A stretch of 64,000 bases of DNA from Octopus vulgaris (lineage: Eukaryota), in contig OX597821.1 in assembly GCA_951406725.2 (NCBI GenBank), positions 88,226,001-88,290,000 of the forward strand. The letters are read 5' to 3'. Below, piece after piece: positions 11,780 to 25,308 of the stretch. The position numbers and the translations under genes are program-made. Numbering within the stretch: position 1 is the first letter of the stretch; each line of letters opens with the position of its first letter. The notes beneath the pieces are model-generated. The model saw only the letters and a program-made list of their open reading frames with translations, was not told the DNA's origin and made no database searches.

Positions 11780-12938
11780 CCCCCCTTTACTCTCTTTCTT
11801 CTACTCTTTTCCTTTCCCACTTTCCATTTAACTGTTTTTCTCCCTTTTCCACATATTTTGTCGCACTCTGTATCCATTTTTCTCTCATATACACAAGATA
11901 CCACCGCCTTAGATTTTTTCTGTTATTTCCACCTTTTAATCTTTATTTTTTTCTTTAGAATATTCCAGCGTAAATTGCAGAATAAAGATTTCAGTTTAGC
12001 AATAAATGAATAGAAGAAAAAAAAGGAAATGACTTTTTTTCGCTAAAAGAATAAACTAAAAATTTTTATTTACTTTTGTACATTTTATGTTCATATTTAT
12101 TGGATATATTATTTTTTAAATTTTAAATTATATTTTTCTAATAACCTTTAATAAAAGAAGTATGGATTAAAAAAAATAAAGGTGATCGTAACGGTAATAT
12201 GGAGGGTTGGTTGATGCTATAATTTTTTTCTTTCACCTCATCTTATTTTTGTTCATTTCATTTTCGGCATCGTTTTTCTCTTTAATCATCATATCTTTTG
12301 TTTTTCTTGTTTTTCATCTTTGATTTTCCTTCCGCCATTTTCATTACCCTCATCTACGAATCAATAGGATGTTTGATTTTTAAAGTATTTTCTTATTTTT
12401 ATAACAATTTAATATTGGTTTTGTGTTCTTAGTAAAGGGAGGAGTTGATACAAATTTCTAAATTTACATATGAATTGTTGGAGAAACCATTTCGCATTTA
12501 GTTGAATGAACCACCCTAACAAACAAACAAACAAAGGAACAGACAAACACATACACACATACATACACATGCAATATGGTCACAACTTACCAATTCACCA
12601 TGAAATATTGGTTAAATGAATGGCGTAAAACTGAGACAAAAGGAAGCTGAGTAACGGAAATTAAAAAGTTTTCAATTTATGTATTAATATGCCACACAAC
12701 TGCGAGATAAACATGCATAATTACGTACACGCATACATACACTATACGCATTTATATATACATATATATATATGTGTAAATATTTCTAAATTTATAATTT
12801 TATATATACAGACATATATATATATCTATCTTTAATTGATATATATGTTTATACATATATACATAAGCATATGCATGTTGTACGTACACACAAGCACATA
12901 TATGAATGTGTATACACACACACATATGTATACATACA

Positions 12939-13015
<77 letters not shown>

Positions 13016-13629
13016 AATTCAAACGGTGATGTACATATTTCGTTAAATTTGATATTCCATTTAAATACTAGTTTCAATATCAGAAAGGAAGTGACACGGA
13101 GCCAGTGTCAGAAATACACATTATTATTTATCCGCTTATGTATATTTTTGAATCTAATTTATTTCATCTTCATATTTGAATCATACATTTTATTTCATAT
13201 AGCTGAGCAACATTTAATCCTAATCTGTCTTCCTAAGAATACAGTTTAAGGAATTTGCTTGTACAATCGGTTTCACTGATTGTATATAGATGATGCCTCA
13301 TGAATTATAATTGTCATTATCAGTTTTTCTATTATCAATTTTGTTTCCATTTCTAAGCCGTTTTCCCGACGCCTAGTGCAAACAAACTTACATTGATAGA
13401 TTATTGAAATAAATACGCCATATTGTTCATTTACCCAATGAAGTTAGAAGAAAATATAATAAAAAATTTCATGCGTCGTAATCGTTCTCACAGCGACAAT
13501 GCTCTTCTGAATACATGTGACGTACCAGTTACAACAGCCTTTTGCACTTCTTGCATAATGGTAAGCTAGGGATCATTCTCAAATAATTTTCATTTCTTTT
13601 TCTGATCATTCGTCTTTACTTTCACATTT

Positions 13630-13772
13630 CAAATATCGCCCGGAGTCGACTATGCATTTTATTCTTTCGGGATCCATCAAATAAGAACCAGTTGAGCACT
13701 GGGGTCGATGTGATCGAAACATTTCCTCCCCACAAATTTCAGGCCTTGTGCCTTTAGTAGAAATGATTATCA
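13630..13772 (+). mobile_element. SINE family B fragment
   Basis: GTCGACTATGCATTTTATTCTTTCGGGATC...GAGCACTGGGGTCGATG...GGCCTTGTGCC. Confidence 0.7.
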
Positions 13773-14404
13773 TTCTTATCATTATTATACAATGAAATAT
13801 ATATAGAAGTATGTATTTTTTAAAATCGAAAACGTTGCTTTACCGTTTTCTGCAGTGACCCTGTTGCATTTGCTTTGACTTATGGGCGGTCGGCTTGCTG
13901 CCTGTATGAGGCAAAGCCAGCTCAGCTGACTCCTAGAACAGACCACACAAAATTTCTAGCACTAACTTGACTCAACGAGAAAAAACAAAAATGCTTTGAT
14001 ATCTTAATAACTAATGTTTTTGAATGCTGGGTCTGCAAATAAATATTTTAAAGAGTGCTAATACAATGTGGACCCACATGCGAATGAATGCATGTATCTC
14101 CTGTACTGGGATTCTATTTCGGTAATTCTAGGGTATTGTGGAATGGGGAACCATCTCTTAGCCCAATCGTTCCCAAGTTTACTCTGATCCGGAATAGTAC
14201 TACCAACTAGGGTACCATCAATTGGTTAATGCGTAAGTTAAGGGAGAAGCTCAATGTAAAACCCCTCTGTGCTTTGGGAAACAAAAAGGGTAGGGGATAA
14301 GTAACTGAGAGACAAATATTCATCTTCTCATGTGTATAAGGCGGATTCGTTACGGTAGACATGAAACATCTCTTATGGGAACTATGTGTGCTCGTTTGTG
14401 CTTG

Positions 14405-14436
<32 letters not shown>

Positions 14437-14586
14437 CATGCGTGTATGTAAGTGTGTGCGCGAATCGTTGTGTCAGTGTTTGTCACCTACTACCGCTTGA
14501 CAACCGCTGTTCGCTTATATTCGTTTCCGTAACTTAACGGTTGGGTAAAAGAAACCAATAGAATATGTAACAATAAACAATAAACG

Positions 14587-14891
14587 TCGCCTTTTTCAAG
14601 CCTAGCCAGGCTCGTGGGCTCAGTTTCCCGGTTTTTGTGGCGTATGTGTTCCCCACTCCCAGCTGGACGTGACGCCAGTCCATCGCAGCGTTACTCAAGA
14701 AACAGGAAAATAGAGTGAGAGAAAGTTGTGGCGAAAGAGTATAACAGGGCTCACCACAACTCCTTGGCGGAGTCTCTTGGAGCTTTAGATGTTTTCGCTC
14801 AATAAACGTACAGAACACCCAGTCTGGGAATCGAAACCGCGATTCTCCGACCGCGAGTCCGCTGCCCTAACCACTGGGCCATTGCGCCTCC
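14587..14891 (-). mobile_element. tRNA-derived SINE family C (head GGAGGCGCAATGGCCCAGTGGTTAGGGCAGCGGACTCGCG), tail type 1
   Basis: The head matches 36710, 47248 and 55629. The tail is AACGCTGCGATGGACTGGCGTC...GAGCCTGGCTAGGCTTGAAAAAGGCG. It is inserted into a decayed family A copy. Confidence 0.85.
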
Positions 14892-15420
14892 ATCATAAAA
14901 TATGTACCAAGCGTAAAAGAAAACCAAAACAAAGATATATATGAGTGTGTGAGTTGAGATTATCAATAATTTTCATGACCCCGTTATACAACTATATTTT
15001 TTAAATGTAGTTCCATTATTTAAAAATTAATTATATATTTACGTCAAGTTCGTATAAGGTAACCATGCTGATTTTGTTTTTTACCTTCATATGCTTACAG
15101 ATTAATTAGAATTTGTAACTAACGGCTTTAATTACCAAAGAAGTTATTTTGAATAAGTACCGTTATCACCGACGGCAATATATTGTATTATTTACTAGTC
15201 ATGCTGAAAAACAGTTTGATAAATATAGAACGTCCCATGCATTTAAAATTAGTCTGCATTGATTAAAAATCAAACTATAATTGTACAATGTTAGGTCTCA
15301 GAAAACTACATAGCTAACCGGAAAATATCTTTGGATATACTAAGATATTTATGTGTACAGGTGATAGAATTCCCGGATCGAGTTGATTTTTAATGTAATG
15401 TGTAACAAGACATACGTAAA

Positions 15421-15516
15421 TAATTAAAAGTTTTAAAAATTTAAATTGGAGAAGTGATGGGAATTGTTCGGCTTTTTTAGAACTGGTACAGTATAAATGT
15501 ATAAAATCATTGATAT

Positions 15517-15599
<83 letters not shown>

Positions 15600-15631
15600 C
15601 GAATACACTTGACTCATCATTATATGTATAT

Positions 15632-15697
<66 letters not shown>

Positions 15698-15818
15698 TAC
15701 TACTTGGCGGTGTGATATATATCATTCCTATATAATATACATATACATATATACACATATACATACATATATATATACCTATACATATACATACATATAT
15801 ATATACCTATACATATAC

Positions 15819-15869
<51 letters not shown>

Positions 15870-16299
15870 TATATACCTGTTAGGGTCATTCCTAAATTGT
15901 TATATATAAATATATATATATATAAACTATACTTTATCTTTTATTAAACTTTTAATACTTTTGATATATATTTAAAATAATATAAATTAGATTAATTTTA
16001 TGTATTGGCTTATGTTTTTCCTTGTTTGATTTGCCTAATAGTGGTTTTATCTCTAATTTAATATAATATAATATATATATATATATATATATATTTATAC
16101 CTTTGAGATTTATACATACACACATATAAATATTGTATAAAAATGTATAAATATTATTTATATACACAAGCAGCAGTTTTTCTTTCAAACATATACATAT
16201 AATGATGAGTCAAGTGTATTTGATATCAATTTTTATGCTGTACCAAAGCCGAACAATTCCCATCACTTCTCTAAATTAAATCTTTGAAACTTTTAATTA
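15421..16299. mobile_element. Fold-back element with ~115-bp inverted arms and microsatellite-rich interior
   Basis: 15421-15635 (interrupted by (TA)n) is the reverse complement of 16187-16299, e.g. GGAGAAGTGATGGGAATTGTTCGGCTTT / AAAGCCGAACAATTCCCATCACTTCT. Confidence 0.75.
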
Positions 16300-16419
16300 T
16301 ATATATATAATTATATATATATATATATATATACATACATACACACACACACACATATTAGCCCGATCATCTAGCCTGCGGAGTGGTTCCATTGGAAAGC
16401 TAAAACAATGCGATTTGTA

Positions 16420-16463
<44 letters not shown>

Positions 16464-17106
16464 TCTCTCTCTCTCAAGAGACACCCAAATATCCAACGAC
16501 ATACATATAGAGTGAAAGAAAGAGGATATGTGATAATTGATAAACCGATAGAGAAGTAGATATATAGAGAGATACATATCTAGGTATGCGTAGTCTGTGT
16601 TTTGTCCCCGTTGTTGCATATTGTGAGGGTTATTTTCCCAATAAGAAACAAATGGACTGGCAAAGATGACCCTGCGAATGTGCATATGATTGCCAATGGT
16701 TATTCCCCATTTTCAGCCCTTCATTTGTCTATTTCTATATCCATCGTTCTCTGTTTCATCGGCACCATGTAGTCCAGCGATACATGTTTATCCGACCATT
16801 TTTTACGACCGTCTCCAACATTCCACAAAGATGATCAAACGAAAAATTCTCTACTCGACTGCAAGAAATAGCAGCTAAAATTCTCTTACTTATCAACGTA
16901 TCGTATGTTTGTTTAATTAGCTTCACTAGTTTTAAAGAACAACTACAACAACAATTTACAACAACGACAACAACAGTATCAAAACAGTGCTTTTTAAGAC
17001 TGGTTTTTCGTTGGGACGGAATACGCGTGGATCTCACATGATAGTTCGACACTACATGAACAGGATTCGGACGGAAATGAAAGAACGGTAGAACGGAAAT
17101 ATCCCC

Positions 17107-17174
17107 TTCCTCCTCCTCCTCCTCCTCGTCGTCATCGTCATCATCATCATCCTCATCATCATCATCATCATCCC

Positions 17175-17221
<47 letters not shown>

Positions 17222-17252
17222 CCATCATCATCATCATCATCATCATCATCCC

Positions 17253-17293
<41 letters not shown>

Positions 17294-17397
17294 CCATCGT
17301 CGTCGTCGCCAACTTCACCACCGTCGTCACCATCGTCCTCGACTTTGTCCTCGTTATCATGATGATGATGATGATGATGATTATGAAGATGATGATA

Positions 17398-17437
<40 letters not shown>

Positions 17438-17520
17438 CGACGATCATGACGACTATGATGATGATGACGGCAATGATAACGATGATCATGACCATCATTA
17501 TCATCATCATGATCATCATG
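17107..17520. repeat. (CAT)n followed by complementary (ATG)n trinucleotide arrays
   Basis: A CAT run at ~17135-17293 and an ATG run at ~17359-17470. Confidence 0.9.
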
Positions 17521-18145
17521 AAATCGTCAGGAACACTAGCTCTATTATCATGGCTACAACTCTCACAACAACCTTCCACTACAACTTTTAAAAATTCCAC
17601 CAACTCCATCTTCACTAGAAACACCATCACCACCACCACCATCACCATCATCACTACAAACAACGTCAAAAACTACAACAGAAACAGCAACAACAACATC
17701 AACAACAAACAACTCCCCTTTGAAGCTAAATTACTGAAAAAAAAAACTACATTAGTCATGCATTACCAGATTACTAATCAAGTCAGCTACTGTAAAACAC
17801 TCCCACCCCATCCACATCATTACCATCATTGCCAACACCTTCATCTCCAACACCCCACCCATCACCATCACAACCACTTCTACTTAACAGCCACCTCTTC
17901 CTCATCCTCATCCACATTAACAACACCTTCGTCATTATTGCTTCACCGCCACAGTCATCATTCCCAACACCAATACCATTTCACTCCCTCCCAAAAAATA
18001 AACATCAACGACCAAAGAAGCTGAATAGCAGCTCTCCATCCTAACCCCGCACCTTTCGTTTCACCAAGTAATTTATTTATTTATTTCATAGTATATTATG
18101 ATAGCTTTCCTTTGATGTGAATGCTAATGGTGGTAGACAGAGTTA

Positions 18146-18700
18146 GGTTAACATTGGAGTAGAGCTATAAAGGGCCCTGCTGAGATTAAGGGACAACTAT
18201 GAATGGAGCGTAGTTGACACTAGTATTCAGCTATTATAAACGTCTGGTTCATCGTAGAAGATGGCTATAGGAGGATTCTGGTTGATACTAGTTGACAGCT
18301 ATGAACAGAGTCTGGTAAACACTGGAACACAGATATGAACGGTAATGGGGTTAGAAGTACCGTTCATGCTTCTTATGAACATGCAGGACACTGGCGAATG
18401 ACAATAACGGAATATGTTTGGGACGGGAGGTCATCACAAATGGAACATGGTTAACAATGAGGGACAACTATGAAGGCATCTGTCCAATAGAGAACAACTG
18501 TGAACGGGGAGTTAATAACTGTTAATAAGAGAATCGTTAACGTCACAATGAACATAGATTATTTGAAATTAGAAGGTGGTTATAAAGAAGATTTTCTTAA
18601 CCGTAAGGAATGGCGGTGAATAGAACTGGTGGAGAGCTATGAAGAGAACTTGCTTAATGGTATACTATCGCTGTAAACGAATCTTGATGAACGTTATAGA
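18146..18700. repeat. Highly degenerate ~34-bp tandem minisatellite (~15 units)
   Basis: Example units: TTGATACTAGTTGACAGCTATGAACAGAGTCTGG, TTGACACTAGTATTCAGCTATTATAAACGTCTGG, TAAACACTGGAACACAGATATGAACGGTAATGGG. Confidence 0.65.
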
Positions 18701-20536
18701 GGGTGGAAGTGCATGAATTATGCTGCACAATAAAGAGCGGCTGCTAAAGATAACAGTTAACATTTTGAAGAAAAATCAGTTTGTTTGGGATAGAAAACCA
18801 CCAGAAAATAATTGAAATATAGAGCATATAGCATCATTAATAGTTGCTGAATGTAAATTTTGTATACGTTTGACTCCTTCAAGGAAAACGAAATGATAAG
18901 CCATAGCAGGGAATAGAAACTCTCAGAAACTCAACTCAACTTTATAGGCACTCGTATTTTACTGTATGATGCTCATCACATTTTTACTAAAAAAAAAAAG
19001 AAAATCATCCGACAGTGTCGTTCACATTACATCGAGTCTTGTTTATTACTAGTATACAGTTAACAGACTCTATAATATAAAAGACAATGCCTTAACGCAG
19101 AAGGCTTTTGGATCCAGCTAAGGGACTTGTTGGACCTTAGTGCGTTTATATACGTTAATGTTTTCAATTATAATTTCATCAACAGCAAACGTGGTGAACT
19201 GGCAAAGTCAATAAGGCGTTGAACAAAATGATTTGTAGTATGTCTTACGGCTTTTCACACTTTGAGTTAAGATCAAGATATTAACATTATCATTCATTAT
19301 TTTGGATCCTCCAAAATGAACTGGCAGTAAAGACTACGTTCAATGGTGTGAACTAACTCCATCAGTGGTGACTGTGCGCTTGAACTGGTGACTTTACACT
19401 TGAATTGGATAAAAAATCACAACTCAAGTAACTTCTATACTAGTCTATAGCAACATTAGATAAGTCTCAACATTATTTTACCGACCCCAAACTGATTAGA
19501 AGCAAAGCTGATCTTGGCAAGACTTAAGCTCAACACACAAACGGATAAGACTAAATAATCTACAAATTTTGTCCAACACTCCGATGACTACAAATTAAAA
19601 TTTAAAGCATGAGGTATTAATACACATATCGTAAAATCATTCTGCTATTCTATTATCTCAACTATCTTTTACTGAAGACTGGAATTAGAGTTGCTATAAT
19701 GCATTTCTATTTGTTTCTAGTACAAATTTTATTATATTTATGGAGGTAAAAACTATAGAAACCACGGGGAAAATGAAAACTGAAGATGCTGATTAAATGG
19801 AAGAATTCGTGTAAATCTAGCGAAAAAATGGATATGTATTTTATAATCCTCTTTTCTCCGAAGAGGCAACATTTAAAACTAATAGGATAGAATTTAAAAT
19901 GGTGTTATACAGATAAGAGCATATAAATCAAAAGAAGCCAAAAGAATGCTAGCACAATCCTTTGCAATCATAAACCATGTGTCAGGCGATGGACAAGAAT
20001 AATAGTGACACCGGAGTGCATATAAATCATTACATGATCTTTGAAATAGAAGAAAAAGTAAAAATAATTAGGAATAAAAGGAAGGTAATGAAAGCTGTGA
20101 TATATCATCAACCACTAAACAAAAAAACTATTCAGTTCCTCCGGCCACTGAAAAAAAAAGTTCTCAAGAATAGCATGTAAACAGAGTTTTTGTTAAGAGA
20201 TTAGAAGTATTTGAAATATCTGACTACACATACACACATCTACATACACATAAGTAATATGCACGCATGTATACAGAGGTGTATACACAGACACGTGCAT
20301 ACATATACAGACATAAAGACAGACAGACACAAATACACACGCAGACACACATACGAAGGTTTTGAAAATAATCTTTGGCCGTATGCCACTTACGTTAGAG
20401 GACTGAAGTTAATTAGTCAGATAATGTGAGTGACTGTATTTAAGTCGTGATTGGCAGTGAACAGACAGCGAGTAAAACTTGCTCACTTTTCAATAACGGA
20501 GAAAGAACCCATGGGAAAGAGTATGTGGTTATTTCT

Positions 20537-20664
20537 AGGAGTGGCTGTGTGGTAAGTAGCTTGCTAACCAACAACATGATTCCGGGTTCAGTCCCACTGA
20601 ATGCCAGCCGGCCAATGCCTTGTGAGTGGATTTGGTAGACGGAAACTGAAAGAAGCCTTTCGTA

Positions 20665-20709
<45 letters not shown>

Positions 20710-20920
20710 TTGTGTGTCTGTGTTTGTCCCCCTTGTATTGCTTGACAACCGGTGTTGGTGTGTTTACGTCCCCGTCACTTAGCGGTTCGGCAAAAAGTGA
20801 CCGATAGAATAAGTACTGGGCTTACAAAGAATAAGTCCCGGGGTCCATTTGCTCGACTAAAGGCGGTGCTCCAGCATGGCCGCAGTCAAATAACTGAAAC
20901 AAGTAACAGAAAAACAGAAA
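20537..20920 (+). mobile_element. SINE family A
   Basis: Matches the 10980 copy, with a short deletion in the CORE region. Confidence 0.9.
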
Positions 20921-20963
20921 AGATACAAACCTGAATGCGTACCCGTTTATTTATTTATTTGTT

Positions 20964-21340
20964 TACTCTTTTTACTCTCTTTACTCTTTTACATGTTTCA
21001 GTTATTTGACTGTGGCCATGCTGGAGCACCGCTTTTAGTCGAGCAAATCGACCCCAGGACTTATTCTTTGTAAGCCTAGTACTTATTCTAACTAGCTCTT
21101 TTGCCGAACCGCTAAGTTACGGGTACGTAAACACACCAGCATCGGTTGTCAAGCGATGTTGGGAGGACATATATACGACGGGCTTCTTTCAGTTTCCGTC
21201 TACGAAGTCCACTCACAAGGTTTTGGTCGGCCCGAGGGCTATAGTAGAAGACACTTGCCCAAGGTACCACGCAGTGGGACTGTACCCGGAGCCATGTGGT
21301 TGGTAAGCAAGCTACTTACCACATAGCCACTCCTACGTCT
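20964..21340 (-). mobile_element. SINE family A (tail-to-tail with the preceding copy)
   Basis: Reverse complement of the family A consensus, with the internal microsatellite almost absent. Confidence 0.9.
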
Positions 21341-22164
21341 ATATTTATTTATTTATTTATTTATTTATTACTCTTGTTGGTTCTATTGTTATTTGTTATT
21401 TTCATGTCAGTCTTGATTGAATGGAGATTCCAATAATCAAGAGCGTTCCAGCCGTCATCATGAAACCCATTTTTTAAATTTGTTGAATGTGGAAGAAAGG
21501 GCGTTTCAGTCCCTTCGAGATTGAAGAAAATGAAGCGGTTAATGTTTCCCTTAAACTATTGCAATTAGACATCAGCAGAAGTGACATTAAATGGAGGAAA
21601 TCCCAGACAATCAAAGTTCTAAGGAGGAAAGCTTCTGAAGCACGGGACCTGGGATGTTGAATATATTTCTTGAGTCGGAATCTTCTTTTAAGAGTCTAAA
21701 ATTGTACAACTTCAGTTAACCGTGCGACCATTTTCTCTAAAGTACCCGGTACATTTTTAATTACCACAAAACAACCATTTCTCTAACAGAGAACTCTGAA
21801 GGAATATTTACTACTTTTCTAAAATAGTGTTTAAAGGTGTGACTGGCAGCATCATTTCTGTCACCGTTCCTGCTCAATTTAGATACTTTCCATAACTGAT
21901 ACATATTATAAAATGAAGCGAGTAATTGTTTCTAGTTCAACATGTAACGGCAAGGTGAGCTGTCACTGAAAGATGTAGATTGACTATGAGTTAAATTGTG
22001 GCACGTACTCCATATGTTTTTGCAGTTGCGACTAATATTTTGCTGCTTGCGTAATTCACAGTTATAAGATGTCATTTATTGCTCTGTGTTCAGTTCTTGT
22101 GTGCTCTTACAGTTATGTACTTGAGCTAGACTCTACCGTGTAACTGTACTTTAATAATTGTGCT

Positions 22165-22199
<35 letters not shown>

Positions 22200-22221
22200 G
22201 AAATATATATATATATATATA

Positions 22222-22580
22222 AACTTAGACTTAGACATAAACTTAGACTTAGATAAACTTAGACTTTAAACTTAGACCAAAGATTGGTCCAGGCCATGTC
22301 TAACTTAATAGCACCACCTGATAGGATTATTCGAATCCTGTTTAAGTCAAGATTTGTTTATGGTCCATTCAAGTAGTGAGTTCTTGTTGGGTGAGTTGTA
22401 TCCAATTATGGGTGGCTTATCTGGTCTTCTTTGAAGGAATCTATCCAGACTCCGTTTAAAGTTGATGGGATCCTTTTCCTCTTTGATCTCTTTCAGGACA
22501 ATGTTAAATAGGGCAGGGCCTGTTGAGGAAAAGAAATTATGTTGCAGTGTACATGTATGCTGTGATCTTGAATTGAATTT
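22222..22580 (-). mobile_element. 3' end of a CR1/L2-group non-LTR retrotransposon with short tandem-repeat tail
   Basis: The minus frame FFSSTGPALFNIV..EIK....FKRSLDRFLQ.RPDKP...GY.....NSLLEW resembles LINE ORF2 C-termini. It is followed by a 3' UTR and a (GTCTAA/GTTTA)n tail at 22222-22278. Confidence 0.65.
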
Positions 22581-22635
22581 ATATATATATAAATCTGTGT
22601 GTGTGATGTGTGTATTTGTAAATATACATATATTC

Positions 22636-22882
22636 CTTTTACTTGTTTCAGTCATCTAATTTGAGCCATGCTGGAGCACAGCCCCAAATGGTTTTAGTAG
22701 AAGAAGTTGACCTCAGGACTTATTCTTTGTAGGCCTAGTACTTACGCTATCGCTGTTTTGCGGAACCGCTAAGTTACGTGGACGTAAACTCACCAACATT
22801 GGTTGTCAAGCGATGGTGGTGGGGGCAAATACAGACACAAACACACACCTACACACACACATAAATATATACATATATATAC

Positions 22883-22953
<71 letters not shown>

Positions 22954-23146
22954 TGTATGTATGTATGTATGTATGTATATGTACGACGGGCCTTTTTCAG
23001 TTTCCGTCTACCAAATCCACTCACAAGGCTTTGGTAGGTCCGAGGCTATAATCAAAGACATTTGCCCAAAGTGCCACGCAGTGCGACTGAACCCAGAACC
23101 GCGTGGCTGAGCAGCAAGATTCTTACCACAGAGCCGCGTCTGTGCC
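22636..23146 (-). mobile_element. SINE family A with expanded internal microsatellite
   Basis: Both halves match family A, and the internal (TA)n(TATG)n is ~140 bp. Confidence 0.85.
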
Positions 23147-23350
23147 TGCAGCCGAAGCAATAGAGTGACTCAAGGATCGAGTGTTTCGTGTACTGACACC
23201 AACTTAATAAAACATTATTCATATTCTCATATTTTGAGTTTTATTTTTCCTGCTTGCATCATCAAGCCTATGGTGCATGATCCATACTTGAACATCTCAA
23301 CTAATATTCCATCGACTAGAGCACTCTATAGTTTTACTACCTATCTAGGA

Positions 23351-23404
23351 TAGTTATAATATAGTTATAATATAGTTATAATATAGTTATAATATAGTTA
23401 TAAT
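23351..23404. repeat. 11-bp tandem repeat (TAGTTATAATA) x ~5
   Basis: Perfect tandem units. Confidence 0.9.
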
Positions 23405-24613
23405 GTCACTATTTTATATGTATCACGCGTATATATGTATTATTTCGCATATGGACACAATGCGTTATTGTACGAATTAAGATATGTCTCTTATACTTTT
23501 ATTTATACTAATGAGAAGTCGTTAAACGACTTCAGTTTACTTCAACCTTTGTTATTAAATATAAATTCTATAACTGATTGAAGTTGACGTTAAGTATGAT
23601 AAAAGTCTAGTATGAAACTGCCTTTGTTGCTAACAAAACGACAAGATAACTTTAGTTGGATGCGAACTAGTTACTTATAAGTTAGCAATCCAATTTTTCT
23701 AGTCACTGTTTTCGTTTATCTATAGAAGAAACAAAATAATCAATCGCAAAGTTAAATTGCATACTTATTTTATATATATATATTTATATATTTCTAATGA
23801 AAAGTAAATCAATTTTCACAAGATTTGAAGTCTATAGTAAGAGTCTCCATTATGTAGATACGAACAAAAATATATTATGATAATAATTATAGCCTGTTTT
23901 TCAACCCCCTTGGTCATATATACTAACTTTCTTATAACAAACATAATGAAGAATAGATAATATGAACAAATAGCTAAAAATGAACCCATATGCAGTTTAT
24001 TGAGAATAATCATGCAGAAAATGGTTTGCTAGTTTGGAAATTTTAATGAGCTACGAGGAATTTAGAACAGTCAATAAATAGTTTCTGCTTTTAAATTTAT
24101 TTTTTATTTTCGTTTTTCCTATGCTATCCTACAACATTTTTGTTAACACAAATCTTGTTTCTTTGATTTTTTTTTTCATTATTTTAGTATTTTGTGCTGT
24201 TAATTACTTGTTTTGACTAACATACTGTAACCTCAAATAGCAATTGTTGTAGTATCACTTCACGTGTCTATTTGTTTAACCCTCAAGCTGTCTGGTCACT
24301 TACTATGTGCCTCTCCCTCTCCTTACCGCTCGCATCTCTATCCATACAACTCTCTCCCTTTTTCTCTCTTCTCGGTCATATACTCTCATCTTTCTCTTAC
24401 TCATTCTCTCTCTCTCTCTCTATTCATTTGGTTTCTTTCTTTGTTGCTTTCACCGTGTCTATATGTGTGTGTGTGTTTGTATGTATATATCTGTATTATC
24501 CTGCTATATCTGTATGTAAGCACATGTATGTGTGTGCATGTTTGTGTATATATATATATATATATATATAAATATGCATGTATACATACATACATACACA
24601 TACACATACAGAC

Positions 24614-24656
<43 letters not shown>

Positions 24657-24739
24657 AACATACACACACATACATATATATATATGTAGCATATTGATTT
24701 CTTATACAACTATTGATCTCCTACATTGGCATATGGCCA

Positions 24740-25180
24740 TGCATTTGTAAGGGAAGAATATGGTCGATTTAATTCATCTCGGGACATGCTTGGAATGATT
24801 TTATCGATCTGGGACGAATGAAAGATCAAGTGGACACCAGTTGGTTTTGAATTCAGCCTGCACATGGACAGAACTGAATACCGATATGCATTTTGTCCGG
24901 TAAGCTAATATTTCGCCATCATCACTGCCTTTACACTTTGATATCAATATTTGTTCGACGTGAGACTGGGTAGATTGGCAGCAACGTTAGAAATGCAGAC
25001 AAAATACCACGTCGTAAGTAGTTTTGGCAGTTTAATTTCTGAGTTCAAATACCACCAAGATCGCCTTTGCCTCCTAATTTTGGGGGTTCAATAAATAAGT
25101 ACTTTTCAATTACTTTTCTCGATATAATCAACTGTTCTTTTCACTAAATGTGAAGCCTTGTACCTAACTTAGAAATTACC
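24740..25180. mobile_element. Two degenerate SINE family B copies in opposite orientation
   Basis: A minus copy at ~24740-24930 and a plus copy at ~24970-25180 (TTCTGAGTTCAAATACCACCAAG...GCCTTTGCC). Confidence 0.55.
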
Positions 25181-25308
25181 ATAGAAATTTGTTGATTGAC
25201 AGAGCCACAAAAGTACCGAAAAGCATCTTGGGCTATTTCTTTCAGATTTTATGATCTGAATTAAAATTTCGTTGATAGTTCCCATCTCGATAAAATACCT
25301 ACAGTACT

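Noticed and set aside
13255-13325. Hairpin TACAATCGG-TTTCA-CTGATTGTA as a ribozyme or miRNA
   Set aside because: The stem is short and there is no properly spaced catalytic core. The evidence is insufficient.
17052-18024. Met-rich ORFs (reflectin-like or other Met-rich protein)
   Set aside because: Pure (ATG)n/(CAT)n microsatellite, with no reflectin M/FD(X)5MD motifs or Tyr/Arg content.
18146-18700. CRISPR-like array
   Set aside because: The units are contiguous degenerate tandem repeats without unique spacers, in a eukaryotic context with no cas genes.
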